DNA of 64,000 nucleotides from a virus (Duplodnaviria; Heunggongvirae; Uroviricota; Caudoviricetes): IMG/VR virus record IMGVR_UViG_3300037067_007156, positions 461,519 to 525,518 of that record; one strand, 5' to 3'. Shown piece by piece: positions 1 to 10,066 of this stretch (position 1 is its first letter; each line of letters starts with the position of its first letter). The notes under the pieces were generated by a model. It saw only the letters and a program-made list of their open reading frames with translations, ran no database searches and was not told where the DNA came from. The position numbers and the translations under genes were made by a program.

Positions 1-67
1 AATATTAGGGGGTTTTATTTAAGAAAAAATTATAATTTTCACTTGAAATCATTATTTTAGTTTAATG

Positions 68-553
68 TTAATTCATTTGTGAAATTTTATTATTTATAAT
101 AGACGCAGATTCATAATCTTCTTCTCTTATAGCTTGTTTCAGACCATCATTTAACATATTATTGAAGATTTCTTTGATTATAATATTATTTTTATAAGTT
201 GTATCCAACATGTCGTAATATAATTTATTATATACATCTAATGATTCAGAAACATCTTTTTCTTGAACTTTAGAATCTTCAATATCTTCAATAAATTCAT
301 TATATTCTTCGTCAATACTATCCAATAATTTAGAAGCTACAACAATACACTGTTCTAACGATATTTCATTATCAATATCAACAGCCATTAATTTAAGTGT
401 TTCCATTTTTAAATCAGTTTCTGATAATGGATAATTAAGTTCTTCATTATAACCAAATCTATATGACAACAATAGGGTTAATAATTTAAAATAAATTATT
501 TCATTTTCTATTGTAACATAGTTTTCAACATAAAGTGCATCAATATGACTCAT
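68..553 (-). CDS. hypothetical protein with C-terminal UVR (UvrB/UvrC)-like motif
   Basis: C-terminus LKQAIREEDYESASIINNKI resembles the UVR coiled-coil motif. Confidence 0.5.
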   Translation of the reverse strand: MSHIDALYVENYVTIENEIIYFKLLTLLLSYRFGYNEELNYPLSETDLKMETLKLMAVDIDNEISLEQCIVVASKLLDSIDEEYNEFIEDIEDSKVQEKDVSESLDVYNKLYYDMLDTTYKNNIIIKEIFNNMLNDGLKQAIREEDYESASIINNKISQMN

Positions 554-562
554 ATTAAAAAT

Positions 563-952
563 TTATTTTTTTGTATAAACATTGGTTAGGTTGTCAGTTT
601 TTCTAATGAATTTTTTAAATCCTTCATATAAATTTTCTGATTTTACTTCTTTTTTTCCTGTTACTGGTTCACTATCTAAAACATTACTTAAATCTTTAAC
701 TTTTTTCGGTTCATGTCCATCAACACCTCTTAGACCTTCGTTAGTTTTAGTTCGGTCTTTATCTTTATGACCTTCTATAATTTTTTTATTTTCTAAATTT
801 ATTTTACTTCTGTCGATATCAGACTTACCACCAGTATTTATTGTTGATAAATCTTCACTCCTATCCTTTGGTTTAGCTTTAGTTGATTTTACAAAACGAG
901 AAGTTAAATCTTCTATTTCTTTTCTTAATGTAATTCTTAATGGATTTGGCAT
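563..952 (-). CDS. hypothetical phage protein
   Basis: 129-aa ORF in a co-oriented cluster. Confidence 0.6.
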   Translation of the reverse strand: MPNPLRITLRKEIEDLTSRFVKSTKAKPKDRSEDLSTINTGGKSDIDRSKINLENKKIIEGHKDKDRTKTNEGLRGVDGHEPKKVKDLSNVLDSEPVTGKKEVKSENLYEGFKKFIRKTDNLTNVYTKK

Positions 953-962
953 GATAATATTT

Positions 963-1550
963 TTATTTTATATTATATTCTAATTTTAATTTATCTATTA
1001 ACAATTGTGTTATTAAATCTTGTACTAATAATTGGTCTATATAATTAAGGTCAACCTTTATCATTCTGGATTTTTTTTCGCTTTCTGAACCATCAGTTTT
1101 TGGTTGAGTTATACGATAATCATTATATCTCAATTCCATAAGACAAGGAAAATATTTAGCTGTATTACCTTTATTTAAAAACAAACTCTTTCCCACTTCA
1201 ATTTGATACAGACTACTAAGAACAATACCCGATTCTTCATATAATTCTCGTCTTATCGTTTGTTCGGGTGTTTCACCAGTTTCTATTGTTCCAGATATGA
1301 TAGTTAAAAAATTAGTATATTTATTCCAATTTACATTATTTTTATAACGATAAGCATATGTTGGAATGTATTCGCTTCTTAAATAGATATATCCTTCATC
1401 TTTGAAATATGGTAATATAGCTACCATATCAGATTCTTTAACAAATGTATAATCATCATACTCAATAACTTTAATATATTTATTATCTAAAAGACATTTT
1501 TCCCCTGTATCTTCTTTACTTTTTTGATTTAAATTACTAAATTTGTCCAT
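963..1550 (-). CDS. Nudix hydrolase
   Basis: Nudix box SGTIETGETPEQTIRRELYEESGI. Confidence 0.85.
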   Translation of the reverse strand: MDKFSNLNQKSKEDTGEKCLLDNKYIKVIEYDDYTFVKESDMVAILPYFKDEGYIYLRSEYIPTYAYRYKNNVNWNKYTNFLTIISGTIETGETPEQTIRRELYEESGIVLSSLYQIEVGKSLFLNKGNTAKYFPCLMELRYNDYRITQPKTDGSESEKKSRMIKVDLNYIDQLLVQDLITQLLIDKLKLEYNIK

Positions 1551-1592
1551 ATAATAGAAAATTACTTTTTATTTATATATAAAAAATCTAAA

Positions 1593-1898
1593 ATGAAAGA
1601 TTTAATAATTAGGTGTTCAAGTTGTAATGTAGAAAACGAAAGTTCAGGCACGGTTGAAGTTGAGTTATCGAATATTAAATCTATCGATGGATTAAATCTA
1701 AAAGAATTATTAAAAGATAAGTATATTCTTGAAGATGAAATAATTGAAGAAATAGATAATAAAATATTATTTGAAAAAATAGATATTGATGATTTTATTG
1801 ATTATTTTGGTGTCGATGAAATTTTTAAACAAATTGATGACAATGTAATCGAAAGATATATAAGAAAGAAAAAGATTGATAAATTAGAAATAAAATAA
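1593..1898 (+). CDS. hypothetical protein, CxxC and C-terminal RxxKIxxL motif
   Basis: ORF ends RYIRKKKIDKLEIK. Confidence 0.6.
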   Translation: MKDLIIRCSSCNVENESSGTVEVELSNIKSIDGLNLKELLKDKYILEDEIIEEIDNKILFEKIDIDDFIDYFGVDEIFKQIDDNVIERYIRKKKIDKLEIK

Positions 1899-2635
1899 TG
1901 ATTATGAATAGGGATGAGTTTCTTAAAAATTTACGTAATATTACGAATATCATAGAAGCAAATGAAATAAATTATGATATACCATTTGATTATAGAAATA
2001 AGACTAAATTCGAAAATATTAAAATATTAGTCAGGGATGATTTAGATTTGAGAGTTTTAGAAACTGAACTTGGTGGTTCTATAATAAAAGAATCTGGTAT
2101 TTTCACTAAAATGTTATATAATAATATACATATTATTTTCATTAAAACACCAGAAATATACTGGGTTAATTATTTTTACTATTATTCTGGTGAAATTATA
2201 TCTGAAGCAGTCAATAAGTTAGCCAGTAAATTTAATTTAACATATACACCGACAGGTTTATATTATCAAATAAAAGATTTAAAAATTTTAGTTACCAATA
2301 AAGTATTCGAGATATTTAGATTTTTTGGAGTTAATACTGAAAAATTATTGGAAGGGTTTAACGACCTTATTGATGTATATGATTTTATAATTAAATCAGA
2401 TTATTTTAATTGTGAAATATTTGAAACAACTGATATCAGTAATGATAATTATTTCAAAGATGAAAAAATCACTATATACGAGGATTTTGTAGATACTTTA
2501 TCATTATTTAAAGGTCGTAAAAATGTCAATTTCGAATTTGAAGAACCAGAGAAATATTTTCAAATAATTATAGATTATTTTCCAGAAGCATTTTTATATG
2601 AAAAGGCAACAGAATATTATAATAAAAATAAATAA
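1898..2635 (+). CDS. putative nucleotidyltransferase-fold phage protein, catalytic residues apparently degenerate
   Basis: YRNKTKFENIKILV occupies the position expected for a pol-beta-like GDxD motif; recognition by eye only. Confidence 0.35.
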   Translation: MIMNRDEFLKNLRNITNIIEANEINYDIPFDYRNKTKFENIKILVRDDLDLRVLETELGGSIIKESGIFTKMLYNNIHIIFIKTPEIYWVNYFYYYSGEIISEAVNKLASKFNLTYTPTGLYYQIKDLKILVTNKVFEIFRFFGVNTEKLLEGFNDLIDVYDFIIKSDYFNCEIFETTDISNDNYFKDEKITIYEDFVDTLSLFKGRKNVNFEFEEPEKYFQIIIDYFPEAFLYEKATEYYNKNK

Positions 2636-2638
2636 ATT

Positions 2639-2857
2639 ATGAAGTGGAAATACACAGGAAACCCAATTGCATACGAAACTGGTGCATGGGACGGTAGAAG
2701 AAGTGATGAAGTTGTAGCAGTCGATGATATTGGCCGGAAACACATAGCAAGAGTTTACGCAGGTATAATGGATGGTAATGAGTTTATTGATTGGGTTGAT
2801 AGTGACGATTACATTATCAATAGAGAAATTGTTAAATGGTTATCAATTCCAGATTAA
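2639..2857 (+). CDS. small hypothetical protein (DUF551-like W...KW.xIP pattern) carried on a solitary cassette
   Basis: ORF flanked by complementary ends ATTATGAA (2636) and TTCATAAT (2859-2866). Confidence 0.6.
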   Translation: MKWKYTGNPIAYETGAWDGRRSDEVVAVDDIGRKHIARVYAGIMDGNEFIDWVDSDDYIINREIVKWLSIPD

Positions 2858-3018
2858 TTTCATAATGTTGGTTATAAAACCAAATTTGTAAATAAGATTA
2901 TCTTTGATTTTTAATATTATGTTTTTAATGTAATTTTCGAATTAGAATTTGAAATAGGTTTCCCACACAAAAACCTAAAAACCCAATAATAATAAATATT
3001 ATCCACATAATTAAATTA

Positions 3019-4014
3019 TTAAATTAACACTGAATTTTTTATATTTGAAAGAATTTCTGACGGTGCGTAAAAATCATTCAGCACAATCAATTTTAAATTT
3101 CTTTTTATTCTATCATTCATTAAATTTTTAATACTATTAACATTAATAGGTTCAACTTTCTTAAAAGAACAAACGACATCTTTTATTCTTTCAATAATTT
3201 CTGTTGAATTAAAATTTATATCTTCTGGATAAATTTCTTTATATAAAGCATACAATGATTTAGCACCATCAACACCTATACCTCTTGGTTTTCCGGTGGT
3301 AGTCATTGATTCATAAACAGAAGTTATATTATCACCTTTATCACCGGATATTATTTTAACAAAAAGTTCCAATTCTTTATTTTTTTCGACAATTTGACCT
3401 CTATGAGAAATATTTTTCAAAAAATCAATCATTTCTTCATCATCTGACATATTAAATAATGTTGCAGGATTAGAACTGGTTTCAGCAAAATCAAAAAATA
3501 CTTTATAATTTTCTGGTAAGTGAATTCTATCGTCTGACATTTTATGTCCAAACATTATATTAATAAATCCTTTATTTAAATCATAATCTAATAATTGATA
3601 TAAGTCACCATCAACTGATATTATTAAATTACTATAACCTTTTTCATTTGATTTTCGCACTATATAAGCTATAATATCGTCACCTTCAGCATTACCAACT
3701 TGAATTTGTTTGATGCTTTTAAAATTTATAATATTCTTTTTAAAATTTTCATATGTTTCAAAAACAAAAGGCCAGTCTATCTCACTATCTTTTTCCCGTT
3801 TGGCTTTATAATCACCATAAATCTTTTTTCTCCAATTGTATTTATCATCCGAAACAAAATAAATATTATCAAAAGTATATAATTCAGAAAGAGTTTTAAC
3901 TTCTTTGACCATTATTGTTTCCAACTCAGAATAAAGAATTTTATTTTTATGAGCTACAAACGCATTTTTAGTTAATAAAAAATTACCATCTATTATTAGA
4001 TTAATTTTATCCAT
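3019..4014 (-). CDS. rnh: T4-like RNase H / 5'-3' flap exonuclease
   Basis: Motifs IIDGN, YKAKR, EGDD, SVDGDLYQL, GDKGDNI. Confidence 0.9.
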   Translation of the reverse strand: MDKINLIIDGNFLLTKNAFVAHKNKILYSELETIMVKEVKTLSELYTFDNIYFVSDDKYNWRKKIYGDYKAKREKDSEIDWPFVFETYENFKKNIINFKSIKQIQVGNAEGDDIIAYIVRKSNEKGYSNLIISVDGDLYQLLDYDLNKGFINIMFGHKMSDDRIHLPENYKVFFDFAETSSNPATLFNMSDDEEMIDFLKNISHRGQIVEKNKELELFVKIISGDKGDNITSVYESMTTTGKPRGIGVDGAKSLYALYKEIYPEDINFNSTEIIERIKDVVCSFKKVEPINVNSIKNLMNDRIKRNLKLIVLNDFYAPSEILSNIKNSVLI

Positions 4015-4028
4015 TTTATATTTTTATT

Positions 4029-4397
4029 TTAAAATTCTTTATTCATGAGTTCATCAATCATTGTAAAGAATTCTGGGTTTTGGATTATTAACAAATCCCA
4101 CACATCTACTTTTTCATTTTCTTTATTAAATATTTCGACTCTACCAATATCTGTTAATTTAAAGAAAATATTTTCAAAATTAGGTCGGGTGTTTAATACG
4201 TTTTCTAATTCCATTGATTCAGTACCATCCAAGAGTTCCACATTAACCAATTGAATATGGTTTTTTGTTAATTTATCATAAACACCATTAGAATTATTAA
4301 TAGGAAAAGCATTAGTTACATCACCATCATCTTTTCTAATAATCAAATAATATTCACGTTCAGACGTTATTACAACTCCTTTATAAATATATTGCAT
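4029..4397 (-). CDS. hypothetical protein
   Basis: ORF in the replication gene cluster. Confidence 0.6.
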   Translation of the reverse strand: MQYIYKGVVITSEREYYLIIRKDDGDVTNAFPINNSNGVYDKLTKNHIQLVNVELLDGTESMELENVLNTRPNFENIFFKLTDIGRVEIFNKENEKVDVWDLLIIQNPEFFTMIDELMNKEF

Positions 4398-4398
4398 G

Positions 4399-4683
4399 TT
4401 ATAAAAGTTTATATGTTAATTTATTATACTTTATTCCTTCAGATGTTATAATAGTATAATAAATGTTTATAGTTTCCAATTTGGAAACTCTTTTACTATC
4501 TTTTCCGTCTTCATTTAAAATTATATCATCTTCGTATTTAAATTCCACTGCTGGTCTTTCACCTAATGCTTGTGCCAATTCCAATTCAATTTTTTTATAA
4601 TCGAGTTTATCTGTATGTTTTAAATCAACCAATGACATATAGTCATTTATAACTTTTTCTTTATATAAAGCTGTACCGTCCAT
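4399..4683 (-). CDS. hypothetical protein
   Basis: ORF in the replication gene cluster. Confidence 0.6.
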   Translation of the reverse strand: MDGTALYKEKVINDYMSLVDLKHTDKLDYKKIELELAQALGERPAVEFKYEDDIILNEDGKDSKRVSKLETINIYYTIITSEGIKYNKLTYKLL

Positions 4684-4701
4684 ATTTATATTTTTTTATT
4701 T

Positions 4702-5115
4702 TTATTTACAAGCAGCATAACCACCAACATGTTTTTCATCAAGAACCATAGGTATTAACCAACGTAAATTAGGTATTACATTTAATGTAAATATTTCATC
4801 AACATTATGAATTTCTATTGTTTCATCAGTTATAGTTTGGACTTTATTATAATCACCGGATACATTCCAATAAAAATGAACAAGAGCTGAATCATTTTCA
4901 ATAGTAAAATAATTTGTCCAATCTTCCAAATAAAGTCCAGTTTCTTCTTCAAACTCTCTTATTATGGAGGCATTGGGCGATTCACTATCTTCAACATGAC
5001 CACCAACACCATTTAATTTTCCTATTTGCCACTGTGGTCTATTTTTTCGTATAAGAACCACTTTTTTATAATCTGGTGAAAATAAAAATCCCACTACATA
5101 ACTTTGTTGCTCCAT
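4702..5115 (-). CDS. Nudix hydrolase (MutT-like)
   Basis: Nudix box GGHVEDSESPNASIIREFEEETGL. Confidence 0.9.
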   Translation of the reverse strand: MEQQSYVVGFLFSPDYKKVVLIRKNRPQWQIGKLNGVGGHVEDSESPNASIIREFEEETGLYLEDWTNYFTIENDSALVHFYWNVSGDYNKVQTITDETIEIHNVDEIFTLNVIPNLRWLIPMVLDEKHVGGYAACK

Positions 5116-5130
5116 TTTATATTTTTATTT

Positions 5131-6081
5131 TTAATTAATATATTTTTTCAAATCCTGTATATAACAAATTAGATGAATTATAGGGTCGATAGTCTGAGAC
5201 AATGTAGCATTATAATTTTTTTGAACTTCGAATATCTGTGTTGCATTTTTAACAGCTATATCAGATTTAAATTCCATGATATAATTAAAAAATGGTCTTC
5301 CTAATAATTCAAAAGCTTTTTCATAACTATCAAGATAATTACTCATAACATATTTATAAATTTCTACTGAATCACTGGTTTTATCAAATAAAAAATTATA
5401 TAAATCGACCTGATGTGAACTGGCTGATGATGTTTCAAGACGATTACCATTTCTTGATATTTGTATTTCCTGAACCATTTGGACAGCCGAACGTAAATCT
5501 GGAAAGAATTTATTAATAATTTTAACAACAGTTTCGCCAGAAATTAATTCTTCTTCTTTAATAGCCTTAACTAAAACAGTTAAATATTTAATATAATTAG
5601 TTTTAAGAAAATCAACTTCTGATTGACAAAGTGGGTCAAAATTCACTTTGTTGTAACGAGAACCCATCTCAGTTATTTTATTGATATGATTAGTTGTAAT
5701 AATAAACCGAGCTTGTTTATGGTAGGTTTCAATAAAACCCTTTAATGCATCTTGAAATAAATAAGATGCTTTATCAAACTCATCTAATATAACTACTTTT
5801 GGTTCTTCTGGTGAATACTGAAAATTCAAGGTTGTTATATGGTCTAATATTTTAGTTCTAACTACTTCAACACCAGTGTCTAATGAAGTATTTATTTCCA
5901 ATGTATGTCGGTCAGCTGCTAAAATTCGAGCAAGGCTGGTTTTACCGGTACCCGCACCACCATAAAAAATTAAATTAGTTTGTATACCTTTATCAACAAA
6001 CTCACGTATACGTGGTAATAATATAATATTATTCAGATTATTTGGACGATATTTTTCCCAAAGTAAATAGTTTTTATTCAT
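5131..6081 (-). CDS. clamp loader ATPase subunit (T4 gp44 / RFC small subunit-like)
   Basis: WEKYRP, Walker A GGAGTGKTS, Walker B ILDEFD, PDLR. Confidence 0.92.
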   Translation of the reverse strand: MNKNYLLWEKYRPNNLNNIILLPRIREFVDKGIQTNLIFYGGAGTGKTSLARILAADRHTLEINTSLDTGVEVVRTKILDHITTLNFQYSPEEPKVVILDEFDKASYLFQDALKGFIETYHKQARFIITTNHINKITEMGSRYNKVNFDPLCQSEVDFLKTNYIKYLTVLVKAIKEEELISGETVVKIINKFFPDLRSAVQMVQEIQISRNGNRLETSSASSHQVDLYNFLFDKTSDSVEIYKYVMSNYLDSYEKAFELLGRPFFNYIMEFKSDIAVKNATQIFEVQKNYNATLSQTIDPIIHLICYIQDLKKYIN

Positions 6082-6153
6082 TTCTTTTTGTTTAATTATT
6101 ATTTATAGTTACAATTTTAGAATTAGTTTATTTTTTTTATAATTTAAAATTCA

Positions 6154-6161
6154 TATTTTTG
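6154..6161 (+). promoter_or_regulatory. Bacteroidota-type -7 promoter element TAnnTTTG (representative copy)
   Basis: TATTTTTG just upstream of ORF 6173; the same motif precedes genes at 22643, 28647, 34838, 38600, 51193, 55971, 58746, 59985 (+) and near 13300, 14566, 15355 (-). Confidence 0.6.
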
Positions 6162-6172
6162 TTTTAAATAAT

Positions 6173-6589
6173 ATGTTGAAAATGTTTGATAAAAATAAAC
6201 TGTTAAATGAATTAGAAACATTAAAAAATAATCCGGTTGATTTTAATTTAATGTTGGATGTAATAATACTTATGTATCAAGAAAAATGTATATATGACGG
6301 TAAAATAGAACTATGTAAAGCAATTAAAAATGGCGCAAATACTGGGTTAAGATTCGCCAAATTTTTTATAGATATATTTATTGAAATAGATGTATTTTAT
6401 GCAACTAAACAAATCACACAAACACAAAAAAATTTATGTGATTTGTACCATGTGCGGGAAATAAAAAAAGAATTTTTCAAAATAACAGATTTATATTATA
6501 TACTTAATAATAACCTAACATATTTCACTTATCAAAAATTGCATAGAAAAAATAAATTAAAACAAATATTTGGTGATGAATTTAAATAA
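6173..6589 (+). CDS. hypothetical protein with C-terminal RxxKLxxI motif
   Basis: Ends HRKNKLKQIFGDEFK. Confidence 0.65.
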   Translation: MLKMFDKNKLLNELETLKNNPVDFNLMLDVIILMYQEKCIYDGKIELCKAIKNGANTGLRFAKFFIDIFIEIDVFYATKQITQTQKNLCDLYHVREIKKEFFKITDLYYILNNNLTYFTYQKLHRKNKLKQIFGDEFK

Positions 6590-6622
6590 AAAAGGTGGTA
6601 TTTAAACCACCTTTTATTTTTT
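6589..6622. terminator. bidirectional intrinsic terminator
   Basis: AAAAGGTGGT-ATTTAA-ACCACCTTTT hairpin between convergent genes. Confidence 0.75.
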
Positions 6623-6627
6623 AATGC

Positions 6628-7026
6628 TTATTTTTTATTTTCATTAACACGTAAATCAGTCACTAAATCTTGAATTTTAAATTCGAGGTCGGATGCTCCT
6701 TCAACTACTGCATTCAAATCTGTTTCTGCTAATTTTATATCACCATCAATCCAATTTAAAGTATGATTTTTAAACGATTTAAGCTTCACATTTTCCAATA
6801 ATTTAACTCTTTCTTTTAATACAGTAACTTTAATAAGTTTGCTAACTAATTTTAGAAAATCTTCTTTACCTGCTATCGATATAACATTTTGATTAAGAGT
6901 TTCAGCTACTTGACCCTCTACTTTTATTGATAAAGTTTCATTATAGAAACCTTCTAACAATTCTGAGAATGTTTTAGGTTCACCATCGTTAATATCGATT
7001 TTATTTAAATTACTAAATTTTTTCAT
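6628..7026 (-). CDS. hypothetical protein
   Basis: Starts MKKFSNLN (compare MDKFSNLN of ORF 963-1550); TATATA motif upstream. Confidence 0.65.
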   Translation of the reverse strand: MKKFSNLNKIDINDGEPKTFSELLEGFYNETLSIKVEGQVAETLNQNVISIAGKEDFLKLVSKLIKVTVLKERVKLLENVKLKSFKNHTLNWIDGDIKLAETDLNAVVEGASDLEFKIQDLVTDLRVNENKK

Positions 7027-7060
7027 GTTGTATTAATATTTTTATTCTATATATTAAAAT

Positions 7061-7750
7061 TTATCTATGATTTTTATAAATCCAAGAATTTGAAAAATTT
7101 TCATCTTTTATTAATTCGTTCATATAAACTTTAGCTTCATCTAAAGAATAAAATCCACATATATAAACGAAATATAAATTATTATCATAAAACATTCCAG
7201 CATTTTCATTTTCTAAATCTGCTATATAATTAACAGCATTATTTTCTTCTCTAAAAACACCAGTTATTATATAATATGATGTAACATCATCGTTCATAAT
7301 ATTTTGATATTCATATAAACTATCTACAACATTCTTATAATAATTAAATATAGAATCATATTTATAACTAACACCAAGTTTTTTACACATGTTTCTTGTA
7401 TAGTTATTGAAATCAGTAAGAGTAGCCAAATATATATTATAAGAATTTTCATTTAAAGAAATACCAACTGATAATATACTATCGACAGTCATATAATAAT
7501 CCTTTACAAATAAATCAATTGTATTCAAAACAATAGTCGAGTCATCACCAATTAGTTTAACCTCTGGTATTATATCTTCATCTGAATAAGGAATTTCTTC
7601 TATTTTATTTTCAACTTGTTCTTGTTTACAAGCTTCTTTAAATTTAGAAAAATTAAACCCGAATTGATTAACAATCAACGGTTTGTATAATAACACTATT
7701 AAAAGTGATATAATAGTAAAACCTAAAATCAGCTTTGACCAGAAGTTCAT
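7061..7750 (-). CDS. membrane-anchored SPOR-domain protein
   Basis: N-terminal TM helix; C-terminal YYIITGVFREENNA...YFVYI...EA...SWI SPOR pattern. Confidence 0.65.
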   Translation of the reverse strand: MNFWSKLILGFTIISLLIVLLYKPLIVNQFGFNFSKFKEACKQEQVENKIEEIPYSDEDIIPEVKLIGDDSTIVLNTIDLFVKDYYMTVDSILSVGISLNENSYNIYLATLTDFNNYTRNMCKKLGVSYKYDSIFNYYKNVVDSLYEYQNIMNDDVTSYYIITGVFREENNAVNYIADLENENAGMFYDNNLYFVYICGFYSLDEAKVYMNELIKDENFSNSWIYKNHR

Positions 7751-7760
7751 TTAATTAATT

Positions 7761-8147
7761 TTATTTTAAATCTGCAATAAATGGAATAATTTGTTGTTTT
7801 ATTTCATCAACTGTTATTGTAGGATATTTTTCAATTATCAATTTTTTCAATTTTAACGAATCCTCGTTTAATTTCTTAATTTTTATATAAAAAGGTTGAA
7901 TTTGATTTTCAATTTTATCCACATTTTTAATTAATTCTTCCATTTTCTCTATATATAAATTTTCTTTAATAGAGTTTTTTTCATCGCTTTTATACAAGTT
8001 ATCTATCTCATCTCTATATCGTTCAATTTCTTTACGATATTTATTTATACTTGGTTGTTTCTTTTTTATATGAGAAAGAGACAATAAATATTCTTCTCGA
8101 ATTCTTCGAGCTTCGTTTAAATATAATGAATCCAATTTAACTATCAT
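7761..8147 (-). CDS. hypothetical coiled-coil protein
   Basis: 128-aa ORF. Confidence 0.6.
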   Translation of the reverse strand: MIVKLDSLYLNEARRIREEYLLSLSHIKKKQPSINKYRKEIERYRDEIDNLYKSDEKNSIKENLYIEKMEELIKNVDKIENQIQPFYIKIKKLNEDSLKLKKLIIEKYPTITVDEIKQQIIPFIADLK

Positions 8148-8148
8148 A

Positions 8149-9090
8149 TTATTCCATAACAGGTTTTAATTTTTTCTTTTCAGCAGACTTAGGTAGTAAT
8201 TCTACTTCTTTTCCAGATTCATCATAATAAAAATATTTTTGTTGACCACTTTTTGTTATTGAACCAATTTTAGGTGTTACTTTCTCAGTTTCTTCAAATT
8301 TAGTTTCGGTTTTCTTAAATTTAAATTTATTGGCTTCATCTTCACCATAAATTTCTTTAATAATTTGATATTCAACCTCATTTTCAACTTCTGAAACCTT
8401 GTTCATGATGTTATCCATAATGAGATTTTTATAATATCCAATAATATCACCTTCGATATTTTCTAACATCATTTTAACAAATTCTGGACTACCTATTTTA
8501 TCTTTAAATTCAATATTTATAGTTATATCATGATTTCTTTTGAATGATTTAAAAATCATTTCACTTGGATTAACAGGTTGTTGATAATTTAATGATTGGG
8601 TTTGTGAGTTATTTACAGTATTGGTTTGTGATTGTGATTGAGGTTGTTTTTTCATTCTAATTTTTCTTCTATTATTAGCTTCATTTAAACCATACATTGA
8701 TATTTCATCTTGATATAATTCTTCTTCAGCATTAACAATATTTTTTGTATTATCTATTTTAGTAATTACTGGTTCTTGAACCACACCAATATTAATTTGA
8801 GAACCAGTAGTTTTATCAATTACTGAAATACTTGGTTGGTCTGTAATTTTACTTGTGTCAACTTTTTGAAGGTTTTGTTCTAACTCTCCGGCTAATTTAC
8901 CATAATTCCCACTTTTTAAAAAAGATTTTGGGTCAACAATATCTGATATTACTTCTTCATAAAGTAATTGAAATCTTTCAGTTAAAACATTATCACCATT
9001 CGATAATGAAACAAAATTTTCATTTTCATTTAATATAATGACTGGTTGAGAATTTGGACTATCTTTTTTACGAAATTGTTTCTTTTCCAT
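8149..9090 (-). CDS. hypothetical protein
   Basis: 313-aa ORF. Confidence 0.7.
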   Translation of the reverse strand: MEKKQFRKKDSPNSQPVIILNENENFVSLSNGDNVLTERFQLLYEEVISDIVDPKSFLKSGNYGKLAGELEQNLQKVDTSKITDQPSISVIDKTTGSQINIGVVQEPVITKIDNTKNIVNAEEELYQDEISMYGLNEANNRRKIRMKKQPQSQSQTNTVNNSQTQSLNYQQPVNPSEMIFKSFKRNHDITINIEFKDKIGSPEFVKMMLENIEGDIIGYYKNLIMDNIMNKVSEVENEVEYQIIKEIYGEDEANKFKFKKTETKFEETEKVTPKIGSITKSGQQKYFYYDESGKEVELLPKSAEKKKLKPVME

Positions 9091-9326
9091 TGCAATGATT
9101 TTATTTTTTATAGTTAAAAAATATTTATTTGTTTATTTTTATTTTTAATAAACTAAATTTTAAATGTATATAGTAAAAAAATTTGGGTTCATTCGTTAAA
9201 AAATATAAACAAAAAGATTTTTTAATTTTAATATATAATATAAAATTAATCATAAATGATGATGAAACTGAATTCATGTCGTTTGATGAAATAAAAAATT
9301 ATATTTAAAAAACAATTTAACAAAAG

Positions 9327-9578
9327 ATGAAAACTAAATTTGATGATTTTCTAAATGAGTACAAAGAAGCTTTTAATGTAGAAAAAGCACTCAAAGAGGT
9401 TATTGGAAAAGCCTTTGGGGAAGAAAAATGTGATTGTAAAACAATCATAAATAAAATTTACAAAGAAAGTGAAAATGGAACATTACCGACTGCCATTAAG
9501 AAAGTCGTAAAAGAATACCCAGAACTGAAAGATTTTGAGAAAGAAATTATAGCAGTAATGGAAGAACAAATCGATTAA
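9327..9578 (+). CDS. putative head-packaged small protein
   Basis: N-terminus MKTKFDDFLNE; TATATA upstream; hairpin at 9588-9618 downstream. Confidence 0.55.
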   Translation: MKTKFDDFLNEYKEAFNVEKALKEVIGKAFGEEKCDCKTIINKIYKESENGTLPTAIKKVVKEYPELKDFEKEIIAVMEEQID

Positions 9579-9646
9579 ATATCAAAAAATGGAATCGATG
9601 TTTATTCGTCGATTCCATTAAAAATTTTACAATAATCAACAACAAC

Positions 9647-10063
9647 ATGCGTTATAAAGAATTAAAATATCAGGGAAAACCCTACACTGAAACATACCAG
9701 ATAGATGAAATATTAGCTGAAAATAAATTCTTTTGGTTTTTAGAAGCTGAATTGGCTAATATGAGAATTGAAATATTAAAAAATACAATAGTTATAAATT
9801 CAGGAATATGGTATAATGGCACGTTTAAATATGGTGTAGTCCGTAATATAGAATGGAGATATGGTTCATGGGAAAACGGTGTTTGGTATAATGGTATATG
9901 GTGGGATGGAATATTTAAATCTGGTCTTATTTATAATGGTACTTTTTATAAAGGTCAATTTTTAAATGGTATAACAAAAAATATGATGCCTAATTCTGAT
10001 ATAAAAACTCGACACGATTTTATAAATTGTGACATATCACCAAATTTTAAAATTGAAGAATAA
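9647..10063 (+). CDS. WxxG/FxxG pentapeptide-repeat protein
   Basis: GIWYNGTFKYG...WRYGSWENGVWYNGIWWDGIFKSG 5-residue periodicity. Confidence 0.65.
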   Translation: MRYKELKYQGKPYTETYQIDEILAENKFFWFLEAELANMRIEILKNTIVINSGIWYNGTFKYGVVRNIEWRYGSWENGVWYNGIWWDGIFKSGLIYNGTFYKGQFLNGITKNMMPNSDIKTRHDFINCDISPNFKIEE

Positions 10064-10066
10064 TAC

